DNA of 64,000 bases from Dicyema japonicum (Eukaryota; Animalia; Dicyemida), in contig RDEW01000023.1 in NCBI GenBank assembly GCA_011109175.1, forward strand, positions 531,225 through 595,224. Direction: 5' to 3'. Below, one piece after another: positions 1 through 12,400 of the stretch (position 1 is the first letter of the stretch; each line of letters begins with the position of its first letter). Below the pieces are notes generated by a model. That model saw only the letters and a program-made list of their open reading frames with translations, made no database searches and was not told where the DNA came from. Made by a program: the position numbers and the translations under genes.

Positions 1-1110
1 GGGATGAGATCTTTTACATAGTCAAGCCGTAAACCACAATCCTGCTGCTGGAGCTACGGAAAGATTGAATTCAGTTAATAACTGACTCTTGTGAAATAAC
101 AGAAACTGGAAGACTTTTGGTAGGATATCCATCAATATAGTCTAGTAGCCTCGGGGGCTGTTGCCTAGAGGTCGTGTCTAAGGTTAAGGCCGAATAGGTG
201 GCAATATTGTAATTTGACTCAATAATCCTGAGGGCTGCGCGGATGTCTTTTTCGATGAGCTTTCGTTCTAGTCTTTTCTTTAGATTATTGCTTCTGAGGG
301 AGTCCACACTATCCTCCCGTCCTGGTAAGGGAATACCGCGATCCGCAAGCATAGTTTCCAGGTCAGCAGTCATAATAGATTAGGCATTACTCCTGATCTG
401 GAAACTAACAGAGGAGGGGGGAGTACAAAAGGAGCGAAAAGGAAGAGTCTCGTCCAGTCTTCAGGATGTTCGGAAGATAAGGCAGAATCGATGAAACATG
501 AAAGATTTTCTGCCGCAATGATTCTCAGTTTTTCTGATGCGGATTTTTATCCTCAATCTCAGATCAGAGAGCTGGGAGAGTATCACCCGTGGACAATCAC
601 TGAACGCGGATGGAGCAGACATTTTTCGGACTGGATAAAGAATGCATGAATCCAGGTATTTATTAACCCCGATACACCGAGAAAGAAGTTAAAGTAAACA
701 ACTAATTAATTGTATCCAGTTTCCACTTCTACAGATAGAGACCATCCGGAATTAAGGGTAAAAGACGTCCAGACTTGCAGTTGTGGAAACCCCTCCAGTG
801 GAGTGGGGGAGAGAAAATGATCCTTTTTCGTGACGGCCTGACATTGGACGCCACCTAGACAGGTGGATCACACGACTCCACTCTAATAGGAAGAGAAAGG
901 AGGAACAGACGAACAAACAGAAACTTCAACCAATTAGCAACGAAACACCATATTGCGCCACGCGACTAACATCCAAGTATTTAAAACTTCCTCAGTTTTC
1001 TTGGATAGTTTAACGCAGCTGATATGAAAAAAACAACAACGTTGGGAGCAGAAAACCCCCAATTTCGGGGAGTTTGAAAGGAGGCATATTGTACAGTTAG
1101 CGGTTTCGTA
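1..1110 (-). mobile_element. Decayed CRE-type (restriction-like endonuclease) non-LTR retrotransposon, N-terminal/pre-RT part, interrupted by a short element at 663-970
   Basis: Minus-strand translation near 1-70 gives IQSFRSSS..GLRLDYVKDLI (with a frameshift), resembling the SF..GS..G.DGLRP.HLKDL motif before CRE RT. ORF 71-373 is upstream and 980-1110 gives a PHD-like Cys/His pattern. Confidence 0.6.
663..970 (-). mobile_element. Short interspersed family B, copy 1 (~300 bp), with target-site duplication
   Basis: Near-identical to 13280-13590. Flanked by ATCCAGGTATTTA (~650-662) and ATCCAAGTATTTA (~971-983), a 13-bp TSD with one mismatch. Confidence 0.85.
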
Positions 1111-1149
1111 GGTTGTTTTGGTGGATGTACTGGTAGCATTGGGAGGATT

Positions 1150-1345
1150 ATCAATAGTATAAAGAGGGGATATATAAGGAATAGAATAGAACAGGATAGG
1201 CTAAAATAGAATTTAAAAAAAAAGGAAATACAAAAAAGAATAGAATAGAAGGGGTAAGTAAAAGATGATAGGATAGAATAGATCGGAAAGAAAGAGGTAA
1301 AATACGATGGGATAGAACAGAAGAAAAAAAACAGACGACCACAAC
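1150..1345. repeat. Low-complexity purine-rich (ATAGA/GATAG-like) tract
   Basis: Repeated atagaatagaa/ggatag units; the ORF called here is a composition artefact. Confidence 0.7.
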
Positions 1346-1539
1346 AACAACATGTTAATGTTAAAAATGGTATAGAACAGGGGTGGGAAACCGTGGTTCT
1401 TTGAGTTTTTTATGTGGCTCTTTCAATTATCGCAAATGATTACTTACATCTCCAATAGAATCATTATCAAAATAGTTATAATAATAAATTCTGTCTGTGG
1501 CTCTTCAACTATGTTTGTAAATTTAAATTTTTGAACCAA

Positions 1540-1680
1540 AAAACACCGTAACAGACATTATGCAATGCCTCCATGGAAGAATTTTTCGCCTATACTGTAT
1601 CTTCTGCATTCAGAGGACGTCCAAGAAGTTGTCTTCCAAGGACACTTGCGGAGGATTACGCTGTGATCGGGAGCCGACTG
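1540..1680 (+). mobile_element. RTE-clade LINE C-terminal fragment
   Basis: MEEFF..SAFRGRPRSCLPRTLAED matches METYY..RYRGRPRTTLPIVLHKD of the RTE copy at 38596-39327. Confidence 0.65.
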
Positions 1681-1843
1681 ATGGATGCGGATCAGGAAAC
1701 GAGCACGACAACGAAAAGGACGAAGAAGACAGAAAAGATAATCAAAAAAATGGAACAAGCAAAACCATAAACAGTGTTTACTGGTAACACGAATGTGCCT
1801 TAACTATCGACAACTAAGCACTGTAATAGTCAGAATGAAAAAA

Positions 1844-2103
1844 TTAGGTGATCTCGACCTCCCTCAACAGTCTTTGTATGCGGACTTGAAGGAAGTGTTG
1901 TCTAAGGACAACTCCTCTGGATGGTTGTTGACTAATGACTTTTTTTGGATATAAATTAGGATTATATCTGGCGCCATCAGAGATTGTGAACCACATGACG
2001 AACGCTAACAACTCAATTTCCGTGGAGCCAAAAAGGAAGAGTAGGAACAGAAAATCAAACAAAAAATCTTCAAATCAAGTAGCCACATAGGACCACACTA
2101 ACT
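1844..2103 (-). mobile_element. Diverged family-B-type 5' end (head, structured domain, peptide ending in a decayed 2A-like motif)
   Basis: The head matches 13800-13860. The downstream CCATCCAGAGGAGTTGTCCTTAGAC resembles CCAATCCAAGAGGAATGTCTTTCTTGGAC at the LINE 5' end (~16590-16625). The peptide ends RLLREVEIT. Confidence 0.6.
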
Positions 2104-2109
2104 TTGGAG

Positions 2110-3529
2110 CCACGTAGCAAAAAACATATGAAAATAAGTAAAAAACGGATAGAAAACGTCTTTTTCAAGCTTAATGGACTGAGACCTTTCCCATCATATC
2201 AGCTGACATTCCAAAATATCTTATTTGCCACGAAACATTCAACCAGAAGAAAAAGTCAAATCTGGAGAAACACTTTAATTCAAATCACGGTGATTTACAA
2301 GAAAATATCTAATTGGCTATTCACGAAAACTAGCTGCGAAGAACTCCAAAAATATTAAAATTAAACTTCAATATTATTGGAAGCAGTCTGCCAGGACTAC
2401 TAATATTGGAAGATTCATCGTTCGTCATGAGATTGCAAAAATATGAAAACTATTCCCAGATGGTAAATACATCAAATCCTGTTTTCTAAAATTGTCAACA
2501 ACTAATCCAAAATTTTACGAATAAAAAAGATATTTTAAATCAAATTAAAAATATACCGTTATCCGCAAAAACAATTGCGAATAGATAAGATTTCTTGCAA
2601 TGTGACGATGCAGCAAGTTGATGCCCTTAAAATAGCTTCTGCAATTTTGATGTGAGTAGATGAGTCTTGTGACATTAAGGATACGACTCGAGTTTTATCG
2701 AAGGAGTAGATGAGTCATGTGACATTAAAGATATGACTCAGGTTTTTATCGATGGAGTAGATGAGTCATGTGACATTAAAGATNNNNNNNNNNNNNNNNN
2801 NNNNNNNNNNNNNNNNNNNNNNNNNNNNNNNNNNNNNNNNNNNNNNNNNNNNNNNNNNNNNACTACTAATATTGGAAGATTCATCGTTCGTCATGAGATT
2901 GCAAAAATATGAAAACTATTCCCAGATGGTAAATACATCAAATCCTGTTTTCTAAAATTGTCAACAACTATTCCAAAATTTTAAGAATAAAAGAGATATT
3001 TTAAATCAAATTAAAAATATACCGTTATCCGCAAAAACAATTGCGAATAGATAAGATGTCTTGCAATCTGACGATGCAGCAAGTTGATGCCCTTAAAATA
3101 GTTTCTGCAATTTTGGTGTGAGTAGATGAGTCTTGTGACATTAAGGATACGACTCAGGTTTTTATCGAAGGAGTAGATGAGTCATGTGACATTAAAGATA
3201 TGACTCAGGTTTTTATCGATGAAGTAGATGAGTCATGTGACATTAAAGATATGACTCAGGTTTTTATGAACTTAATATTATGTTAGGTGTTTCTATTATT
3301 ACTTTATGTTTCTTGAGACTTTCTTAGAGAAGAATTTTCATTATTTCCGCTAAAGGGTCAAACAAGTGGAGAGGACATTGCCGGTGCCATACTTAAATAG
3401 ATGGAAATTAGATTCATATCAAGAATAGAAAGTTGTATTCCAGATTCATATCATATCGTCCTCACGATATTCGGGTCTACTTAAATGACAAATTACGACT
3501 TACCGGCTTAAAAGGTTGCCGACTCCTAG
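2110..3529 (+). mobile_element. hAT (SPIN/GTF2IRD2-like) transposon relic with a 3' terminal inverted repeat
   Basis: N-terminal ICHETF..KKSNLEKHFNSNH zinc-finger-like motif; repeated VDESCDIKDTTQ (hAT DE(S/T).D motif); terminal AAAGGTTGCCGACTCCTAG is the reverse complement of a CAGGGGTCGGCAACCT-type TIR. The middle is duplicated across the 78-N gap. Confidence 0.75.
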
Positions 3530-3649
3530 TATATAAACTTAAAGCTATATCAATTTGTATTTGACAGGCTGTAAGCAAACATGATGCTAGTCTTTTATAA
3601 TTCATCAAAGTAAATTATACTTTTATTGAATAAAAATCAAAGAAATTAA

Positions 3650-4993
3650 CTAAATAAGAATAGCCGGTAAACTATTCACTCCTTCCAGATGAGTTGATGA
3701 AATCTTTGACTTATTGCGTTTCCTGAATAGAATGTAAATCATCACAACAGTGAATAATATACAAATAGCCAAAATTGTGCAAAATATGAGCCAGAACAGA
3801 ATTGGTTTTTTCTTTTTAGCAGCAATCGTTGTAATGGGCTTAAAAGATCCTGTGTAAAGAGTAGTACTAGTCGGGGGCACACTCGTCACTCTGATACAGG
3901 TTCGCAGAGAATTCAGTATTTGTGGATAGATGCCATAGTCAAAAGCAATCTGAAGACAAATAATGTCATCATTTAATGTTTTCTCGTCAAGTTTTACCAA
4001 AAAGTCGGGAAAATTAATCAACATTCTCTGAGTAGTACGAATAACCGTCGAATTTCTCTTGAGTTTGATGATCGCATATAAACTAGTCAACATCTCAGAT
4101 TTGATTAAAATTTGTAAGAAACTTAAAAAACTTTCCTGTGAAGAATACAAATATTTAATTTCGAATTTGACGACATCGTTAGATTTGAGAAATGTAGTTC
4201 GGTCATTGGCACCACATTTAGTCAACTGTAAAATATTTTCTGGTAAAACAAAGTATTGGCAACGACAAGACATGGGAAATTCCTTTTTGACGAAGAGTCT
4301 GGGATTAAAAAGTGAGTTTGACGAAGAAAGTATTTTTTCGGTGTTCACAAAAACAGTTCTCTTGTCGTTTTTGATAGTTAACATTTCTAAAAACTTAACA
4401 CGATTGAAGATGGACAAATCGAATTTAAAAAAAGGAACTTGAATTTCCAGTTTTTTCAAATTTCCAAGATTTCTTATAAAGTTAGGAAGCTGTGGGGTTA
4501 CCAAATTGTCTTCAATCCAACTGAACCTTTCAAGTCTTTCTGCTGAAATTTCACCAAAGTTGTTAATTTCACATTTTACAACCTCAAGTTTTTCCAACAT
4601 TGGGAGGTTCAAGCTCATAGTCTCGAATTTTTGTGAATACAAAAACAAATTTTTGAGATTTCGTAGTTGCGAGATTTCCTGAGGTAAGTGTTTCAAGAAA
4701 TTATTGTTTAGTAGAAGGCTTTCTAGATTGCCTCCGATTTTCTTGAAGGTTTCTCCAATCTCTGATATCACGAGATCATTGATGTGAATATGAGAAAGTA
4801 GGGGACCAAACTGATGTTCAGATAAGTTAAGTTTGAAATCACTTATCAATATAATAGAAACTCCTTTTATCCGATAGTCCGACCCATTAACAAGGCGATG
4901 AAAAAATATACACGTGGTTTCTTCCTTGGGATGAATAATGATCGAAAAAAAAGTTTGAGGAAAATTCAACAATAAAAGACCAAGCAGAAACAT
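3650..4993 (-). CDS. Intronless LRR-containing type I single-pass membrane protein (447 aa)
   Basis: Hydrophobic N-terminus; LRR consensus segments (LESLLLNNNFLKHLP, LRNLKNLFLYSQ, LGNLKKLEIQ); Thr/Pro-rich stalk; TM helix ILFWLIFCTILAICILFTVVMIYILF followed by RKRNK. Confidence 0.8.
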   Translation of the reverse strand: MFLLGLLLLNFPQTFFSIIIHPKEETTCIFFHRLVNGSDYRIKGVSIILISDFKLNLSEHQFGPLLSHIHINDLVISEIGETFKKIGGNLESLLLNNNFLKHLPQEISQLRNLKNLFLYSQKFETMSLNLPMLEKLEVVKCEINNFGEISAERLERFSWIEDNLVTPQLPNFIRNLGNLKKLEIQVPFFKFDLSIFNRVKFLEMLTIKNDKRTVFVNTEKILSSSNSLFNPRLFVKKEFPMSCRCQYFVLPENILQLTKCGANDRTTFLKSNDVVKFEIKYLYSSQESFLSFLQILIKSEMLTSLYAIIKLKRNSTVIRTTQRMLINFPDFLVKLDEKTLNDDIICLQIAFDYGIYPQILNSLRTCIRVTSVPPTSTTLYTGSFKPITTIAAKKKKPILFWLIFCTILAICILFTVVMIYILFRKRNKSKISSTHLEGVNSLPAILI

Positions 4994-5154
4994 TTATAAA
5001 CCTAAAAGCGTTTCTTCAATTTATAAAGCGAACAATTTATAAAATTCGCTTCGTAATATTTTAATTTATGGTAAAAAATCAGAGATGAAAGCTACGTATA
5101 TTATGTTAATGGAAGATTATATTTCAAATTAATTCAATACTATAGGAAGTATAA

Positions 5155-5435
5155 GAAAACATTCGCATAGACAGGACACACACTTTGTTTAAGTAAAGAA
5201 CAGTTAATTTTAACTAATCGTAGAACCAAGGAATGATCTTTACTTCTTTTTTTTCTTATGTGTGGGTCCTTTTTAGACTGTCCAGTTCCGCAGTGAATGT
5301 CCACTGATGACGGCGTCACTCGTCAAGCCCTTTTAGCATCGTAGATGCGTGGATCCTTCCACCAGGTGAACAGAAGCGAGAATCAAACCCGTAACCTAAG
5401 CCACTTATCCCGACACCTAACCACTATGCCACCCA
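5155..5435 (-). mobile_element. tRNA-head SINE family A copy
   Basis: Minus strand has A-box-like GGTGGCATAGTGGTTAG and B-box-like GGTTTGATTC. The body is shared with 19569-19890, 24055-24382 and 25660-25872. Confidence 0.8.
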
Positions 5436-5894
5436 CCCGGCGACCTTTACCTATTGGAGAAATTTCAGAGTCTTATAGTCCAAATTGCTTCCAAACTTTC
5501 TTCTGACTTCCTAAGTCCCGAGTCAAGTCCAACTCAGCTTGATTCCTATCAGATGTTCTGTTTTGCACCAATACTGTCTAAGCTATCAAACCGAAATTGC
5601 CTACATGCATCTCTTGGATTAATCGGTAAATGAAAGCACTTTTGAAACTAATAGGTGATGACTCATCACCTTAATGTTTGCATGAACCACCGATGTGAAT
5701 GCTGGTGGACAGTTGACTCAAAAATATGGATCGGGAAATATGATTTCCTCGGATGATTAAGACTCAATTATTGGTTAGGATATCATGCTCTTACATTCCG
5801 TCGTGGGTTCGATTCCCTCAGTTCCTACGAGCATATTAACCTTGAATGTTTCACGAGGCTCTTAATGCTAGAACATCGTAAAAAACAATAAGTA

Positions 5895-6075
5895 TATCCA
5901 TTTCCCGATGTCTCGGGGAGACAAGTCCTTCAAAGAATCTCTCAAAGAAATGATCCAGTGGGGTGGGAAAAAAGCAAATATTCAGATGCCGTCTTGACAC
6001 TTGGCACCTCCTGAGACATCCAAGATTAATAAAACTTGCCGAGAAACGGTTGAATCAAACCCATGATGCATTGTT
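5895..6075 (-). mobile_element. Highly diverged family B copy
   Basis: Retains tgtctc-agg-aggtgcc-aa-gtgtc..ggcat-c-tgaa, a CCCCACTGG block and a hairpin tail like the other copies. Confidence 0.45.
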
Positions 6076-6401
6076 AGAGTATAATATCTAAACTAGCATC
6101 GATTATTTACTACCTATCCTGATTGTCACATTATTTGTCCGAAAATTAATCAATGCATGCCAATAATGCTTAAATTTAATTCCAAGTGCATTTCGTCACT
6201 TTTAATCGTACTAAAATATGTTTATTTATCGAAGTTTTAATTCCATTAAACTAAGTGTGAATGGATTTTACAAAAAAAAATCTAAAAAAGTCTTCTACTA
6301 TACTGGGATNTTAAATTTAATTCCAAGTGCATTTCGTCACTTTTAATCGTACTAAAATATGTTTATTTATCGAAGTTTTAATTCCATTAAACTAAGTGTG
6401 A

Positions 6402-9400
6402 ATGGATTTTACAAAAAAGAATCTAAAAAAGTCTTCTACTATACTGGGATATTCAGACAAACAGAAATTCGATGAAGTCATCTTTGGATACATCACACCG
6501 GATAATTTTCCAGAACAGAGACCGAACTCAGTGCGAATTTTTGTTAGTTCTACGTTCACAGGTGAGGGTATGTTGTCAGTTCTAGACACAATTGTTGAGA
6601 GGAATGCTCTGATAGAAAAAGTGTACCCAAAACTGAAAAAATACTGCAGGGAGTTCAACTTAGAATTTCAGGTATATTATAAAAACAAATTCTGAGGCCA
6701 CTGATATGCGATGGGGAATACAGAATTCATCCAGAAATGACCATTCTACGGTCAAACTCTGTCTTGATGAGTTGAAAAAGTGCATGAATCTCTCAATCGG
6801 TCCTTATTTTCTAGTAATTCAATATTTACAACAATTAAGGGTATCATCGGACAGAAATATGGATGGAGATGTTTGCCCCCAACAATCCGTCGTGAAATAT
6901 ATTCCACAATAATCGAAACGTTAGTCGAGGTTGACGTTGATGTGTCAATTCTAAACATCTGGAATCGGTTGGATACGAATTCTTCTCCAAATCTACATAT
7001 TCTCCAACCAATTGATTCGATTCTTGGTGTTTTCGTATTTCATTTACGAACAGGAGATGATGTTGATAAGTGGAACTCTGTTGAAGACGAATTAAGGAAA
7101 AAACTGATTTTTGTACTTGGCCACAGTGTGGAGCACGATAAACTTGATCAAGAGGATTTACAAGTCATCGGACCTTCTGGTGAAGTCTAATTTGCTTAGA
7201 CATAGTAACTGAAATAGAAATTATGCACGGATTGGGATATTCTGGAGACAAAAGTCTATATGCATTGATTTGCTTCAGAAATATTGAGGACATAAACGAA
7301 TACATCAATCACAAAATCACTGGTGCCTTTATCGACAAAAATGAGGATGAAGTTGACGAAGAAGCCAGCAACTATCGCTGGAGATTGAAAAAATTTCTCG
7401 AAAAAAGACTTGACAAGAGTTCATATAGCCATTTCAAGTTGAGTTGGAGAGAGTTACACGACAAAACCAGTCAGGAACATTCTAACTACATCAACAAGTT
7501 CTCTTCATATGTTGAAAAACAGGTAACCCACAATATCTAAATGAGATAATTAACTTGATAAGGAGGAACCTAAAAAAATGGAGTCCTGTCTATGAAAACG
7601 AACTTTTTCTCGAAGTCCTCCATCACTGGGTCATAGCAAAAACCAAATCCGAGATAATGACAGAAATGTCAGATGATGTTGAAAAAGTGATGACATATCT
7701 ACAAATCTCAACTACTTATCCCTTAATCATCAATCGAGATATTGGTGACAGGGGTAGCATCCTTATTTCCTACTGCATGTTGAATATGCGAGGTAAGTTT
7801 ACGGTCGTTTATAAAAAAACTGCAATTATCATCAGGTTTTTGGTTTTTGACAAATTTTAAGGTTTTGTGCAATGTCGGCAAATTCAAATACTAGTTATGA
7901 GATCCTGAAAAGCATTTGTGAGCAAATTGCCTCTATTCGTNCCTTATTTCCTACTGCATGTTGAATATGCGAAGTAAGTTTACGGTCGTTTATAAAAAAA
8001 CTGCAATTATCATCAGGTTTTTGGTTTTTGACAAATTTTAAGGTTTTGTGCAATGTCGGCAAATTCAAATACTAGTTATGAGATCCTGAAAAGTATTTGT
8101 GAGCAAATTGCCTCTATTCGTGGAAATGACTATCAAGTATTGTCAGAAGAGCCTACTTTCCTAATCGATTACCTTAATGATGTCTTTCAGTTTGGAATAC
8201 CCGACATCAATCTGCTAATATGTATTTGTAAAATCGACAAATTGGAGGCTGATGAGGATTGCCAATTCAGTCAGTGGCTGACTCCGAGTCTCCACGAAAA
8301 CGTGAAAATAATCATTTCTACTTGTGATGTTAATAAAAACCTCGACTGGCTTGTTGAAGATCGGAATGTTCATTATCTTTCAACAAAAACTTCCAAGTAT
8401 TCGTTAAAATTAATAAAAACTTTGTTGGACAAAAATGATAGATATTTGACATTCGAGCAGTGGAAAATTGTTGAAAAAATCGCCAACGATTGCCCATTAA
8501 CACTTCACTGTAAATTAATTGTCGAAGAAATCAGGATTTGGAAATCTTACGACGACTGCAAAAACCTTGTTCTACAGAATACAATCTTTGGTTCAGTAAA
8601 ATCTCTTTTCAGACGTCTGGAAGAGAAACATGGGGAACTCCTAACCAAGCACTTCCTTTGCTACATCACAATTTCTAAAACAGGGTTTACTAGGTTTGAT
8701 TTTGTTGAAGTACTCCTTAGAGGTGAATTAGAAGACATTTTTTCGATTGATGACAAAGTTCTGAAAGAAATATTCCAATTTTGGGTTCCACCAATGCACC
8801 GGATCCCCCCGGTTATATTATCAAGATTGGAGATGGATTTGACCAACTTTATTATCGAAACGAACACGAATGGATTTACCACACTTTGCTGGATGCACGA
8901 AGAGGTCGGCCACGTGGTTAGAGCTCTTTATTTTTCCGACAAGAGCCTAAAGTTAGAACTCCACAAAAATATCGCGGAATATTATGAAGGTCTGTGGAGC
9001 GGAAAAGTGATGAAATCTTTCGAGTAACAAATCTTCTAAACTCAAAGATTTTCTGATCGCCTACAAAAAAGACTGGGTCTTTCAAGTCCTAATTCTGAAG
9101 CTTGTCGCTATGTGCCCGAGCAACCACTGGAATTTGTTTACAATAACAAGAAGCAACTAAATCTACGGAAGATTGTTGAATTGTCTTACTACTTGTACAA
9201 AGCCAAATTGATGAAGTCTCTCAAAGAGAACGTTTTATCAGACTACAATTTTATAATCGCCATTACTTCCATATTTTCCGTTAAAAGAGTCGTACAAAAC
9301 TATCACTATCTTTGTAATCACGAAGACGTCAAGTTGATAATGAATGCTCTGCTAATGGGAAGTGAAGCTATCAATCATAATAATAACCTCGTGGGTATAG

Positions 9401-12400
9401 AAATTACTGGAAGATTATTACGATACTACAAATCACACAAATTGATAAAGAATTTGATTGACGAATGCGACAGAAATGCTGTGAGTTTGAATCCCTTAGT
9501 TCCCGGTTGGCAGATTCTTAATGGGCCTGGAGGAATTTGTCAACTTCAATATTCTCTTGAAAAATCAAAACTTTCAGATATAAATATATCCATTGTAGAC
9601 GGAAAACAGACGGTTTTAATGGTCAAGACTAATGGTGGAACCCTTTTGAACTCCTGGCTTCTAAGTACTTCGGAGAAACTGTCAAAGATCACGTTATCAA
9701 AAGGAAAGTTTACCCCAACCAACAACAACGATGTGTTTTTTATCACAATCACTGATACCCACGTGGTACTGATGCGTCATGATGAGATTATCCGAAATTG
9801 GTATTTTGGAGAGACGACTGTTCATGATATTACGGCTGCCACTCACAATGCAGCCATCTTTTTAAATAAATCCAACACAATTTTGGTTAACATGGGACGA
9901 CTCAAAGATGAAACTATCCCGGTTTTCTGCAAAGCGGGGAAATTCAACAAAAAGGAAACATTGTTTGTCGGACTCACTAGACGTTTTGTCTGCGTTTACT
10001 GCATGAAATTCAGAAGAATTATTTGCAACGTGGAGAACCGGGAATGCTTTTCTCTTTCTTTGAATGACGAAATTGGCAGAATTTACATGATTGGTGATAA
10101 AATTGTCCAGTATTTCGAAATTCAACAAAATTCTTCTCCGGTCAACACCCTCGTAAAAGAAGACGGTATCGAAAAGACTGTTCTATCAAACAATGGTAAT
10201 TATCAATTTATTTCAAGGAAAAATGCTGTTGATTAACTGCAAAAAATATTTATTAGTTTTTGATTCAAAAACCACTAAATTTTTGTTCAGAATCAGAGAT
10301 ATACCTGACAAAGAATTTACCGAAACGCTCTCCAACTATGAAGATGCCGGTTTTAACAGTACAGACTCATTTATAGTCGCAATCAGGTTGAAAGTAACGG
10401 ATATTGTAGGCACATATACATTTGTATGTGGAGTTCTAATAAAGGAGAATTTTTAAAGCTCATTGATACCAATGTGACTATAAGTCAGATACTGTTTTCT
10501 TCCGTGGCCAATAAAGTCGTGACACTACATTCAGATTGCAGCTTTAGAGTTTGGTGCAACTCATAGCTTAGATATGGAATCTGGCAAGTATTGATAAAGA
10601 AGGTGAAGATTCATTGGCACTTATGCGTGGAGCTGTGAAATATATTGAACTTTCTTCCGACGGAATCATAGCAGCAATTACTTCCGCTAGAACTCATCAA
10701 CCTTTGTTTAGATTGTACAACACACAAAAAAACATTCCAATGGATCTTTTGACTCAGTCAGATGACGGACGTGTTACAATCACATCAATTTCTCTTTCAA
10801 AGTCTGGAAAATACTTTTTTGTGTTTTCTCGAGACGAAAATAATCAAATGTCACTTCCATGGATTGAACTCCACGAAGTCACGCTTTGGGAGTCAGAGAC
10901 AAATAGAAAAATAGTTCATTCAATTAATGCACGAGACGCTTTGTTTGATCAATCTGAGACGTTCTCAATCACCATTATATGCCACTATTATGATCCTCAA
11001 TCTCCTTGGAATAAATCATTTATGGCCGTTATCAGGTACAGGACTCGTAACGTTTATAGAAATTTGAATAAAAAGGTAGAAGTGAAGGTTCCTCTTCCAA
11101 ATGGAGATATTATAAACAGACCTTTCGTGCTGGACAATAAAAAACTCGGGATTTTGATAGCCAAGAGAAACACTACGACCGATTTAATCACAGGAAAAAC
11201 AGAAAGCACGTTTCAGTTGAGTTTTATTTCAGTGAAAATGTGAACATTTATTTCCTACCATTGGATAACATTATGACATGGCAGAATGTAAAACCGTTGG
11301 ATATTCAAAGACTGATTCTCCAACTCCGTGGACATTACAAACCCGTCACTATACTCAAAGTGACTGGTGAAAATGTAGCTCTGGTTGTTGCAAAAACTAG
11401 AAATCTGTAAAATAATTTCATTTAGCAAGATTTAACTACGATAATAACGGAACGGTCATTCTCGCCGATAATAACCCCAAATCACTTATAATTTTCAATC
11501 CGACCAACCAGATTGTTCAAAATATCGTTCCACGTTTCCTAGAATCACAAATAAATATTGAAACAGTAAAATTTTCTAAAAACTGGAGCATAGCGGTTTC
11601 CGAAGAACTATCGGTAGTTAATTGTCATAATGCAGCTGTTCGATATAACTACAGGTGGGATTATGAGAAAAATCAACCTTGAGGATATCAATGGTCAATT
11701 TGTTCGATTAATTCTCGATGGTCAGTATTTTGTGTCCTTTAACAAATTTAACAATATTTTTCTACTCATAAGAACTAACGACTGCAAAGTATGTGGCCAA
11801 TGTAACATTGGAGCTTTTGGTACGAGCATTTGCGTCTCTTCGGACGACAGGTGGTGATTCTGGTCATTTTAAAGGACTGTTTTTGTAGGGACCAACGATG
11901 GTCGGTTAATGATGTTTGTGGTTGTCGTAGACATCCAAGATTTTTCAGAATTGCCAATCAGTTTGTACAGCCGGCAAACCACGGGAAACTTGAAAATTCA
12001 GAATTACGAGATTGAGCCGTCGTCTTCAGACTCGGACCTAAATGAGATCATCTTTAGGGAGTTTGGTATCAAGGACACGGAACCAATGAGACTTTCGAAA
12101 ACTTTTGAACCTCGATATTCTTTTATAGAAGCTGAAGAGGATTATTTTATTGAAGACCAAAAGGATGAAGTATATTTTACTGAAAAGTCCCCTTTGATTA
12201 GTGAAAATGAAGAAAATGAAACAAAACTTGTCCAGAAAGGGGTGACCTTTGAAGAAATTGAAACTAATGATGAACCTATTGAAGTCATTGATGAAGTGGA
12301 TGATCTAGAAAGTATTCGACATAGTTTGACGGAAGCTTTAACGACTCTCCCAAAACATAAACTTGACAAAAATAGACCAAAAAGCGAATATAAACAAAGA

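Noticed and set aside
2398-3260. Direct repeats flanking N positions (78-N gap at 2784-2861, 110-N gap at 32222-32331; single N at 6310, 7941, 25982, 28993, 47424, 48182)
   Set aside because: Each pair abuts an N junction and differs by a few SNPs, typical of unmerged overlapping contigs or haplotypes.
4059-4442. Antisense and overlapping ORFs from the track (e.g. 4059-4442, 8661-8882, 12142-12408, 17625-17855)
   Set aside because: Shadow frames of real genes or TEs.
5300-5350. CTGATGA hammerhead-like core in SINE family A (also 24251)
   Set aside because: It lies on the antisense strand of the SINE and has no GAAA after the candidate stem II.
5765-5825. tRNA-like segment with GGGTTCGATTCCC
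   Set aside because: Only the T-arm/B box pairs; acceptor, D and anticodon stems fail, so it is not called a tRNA gene (possible SINE head remnant).
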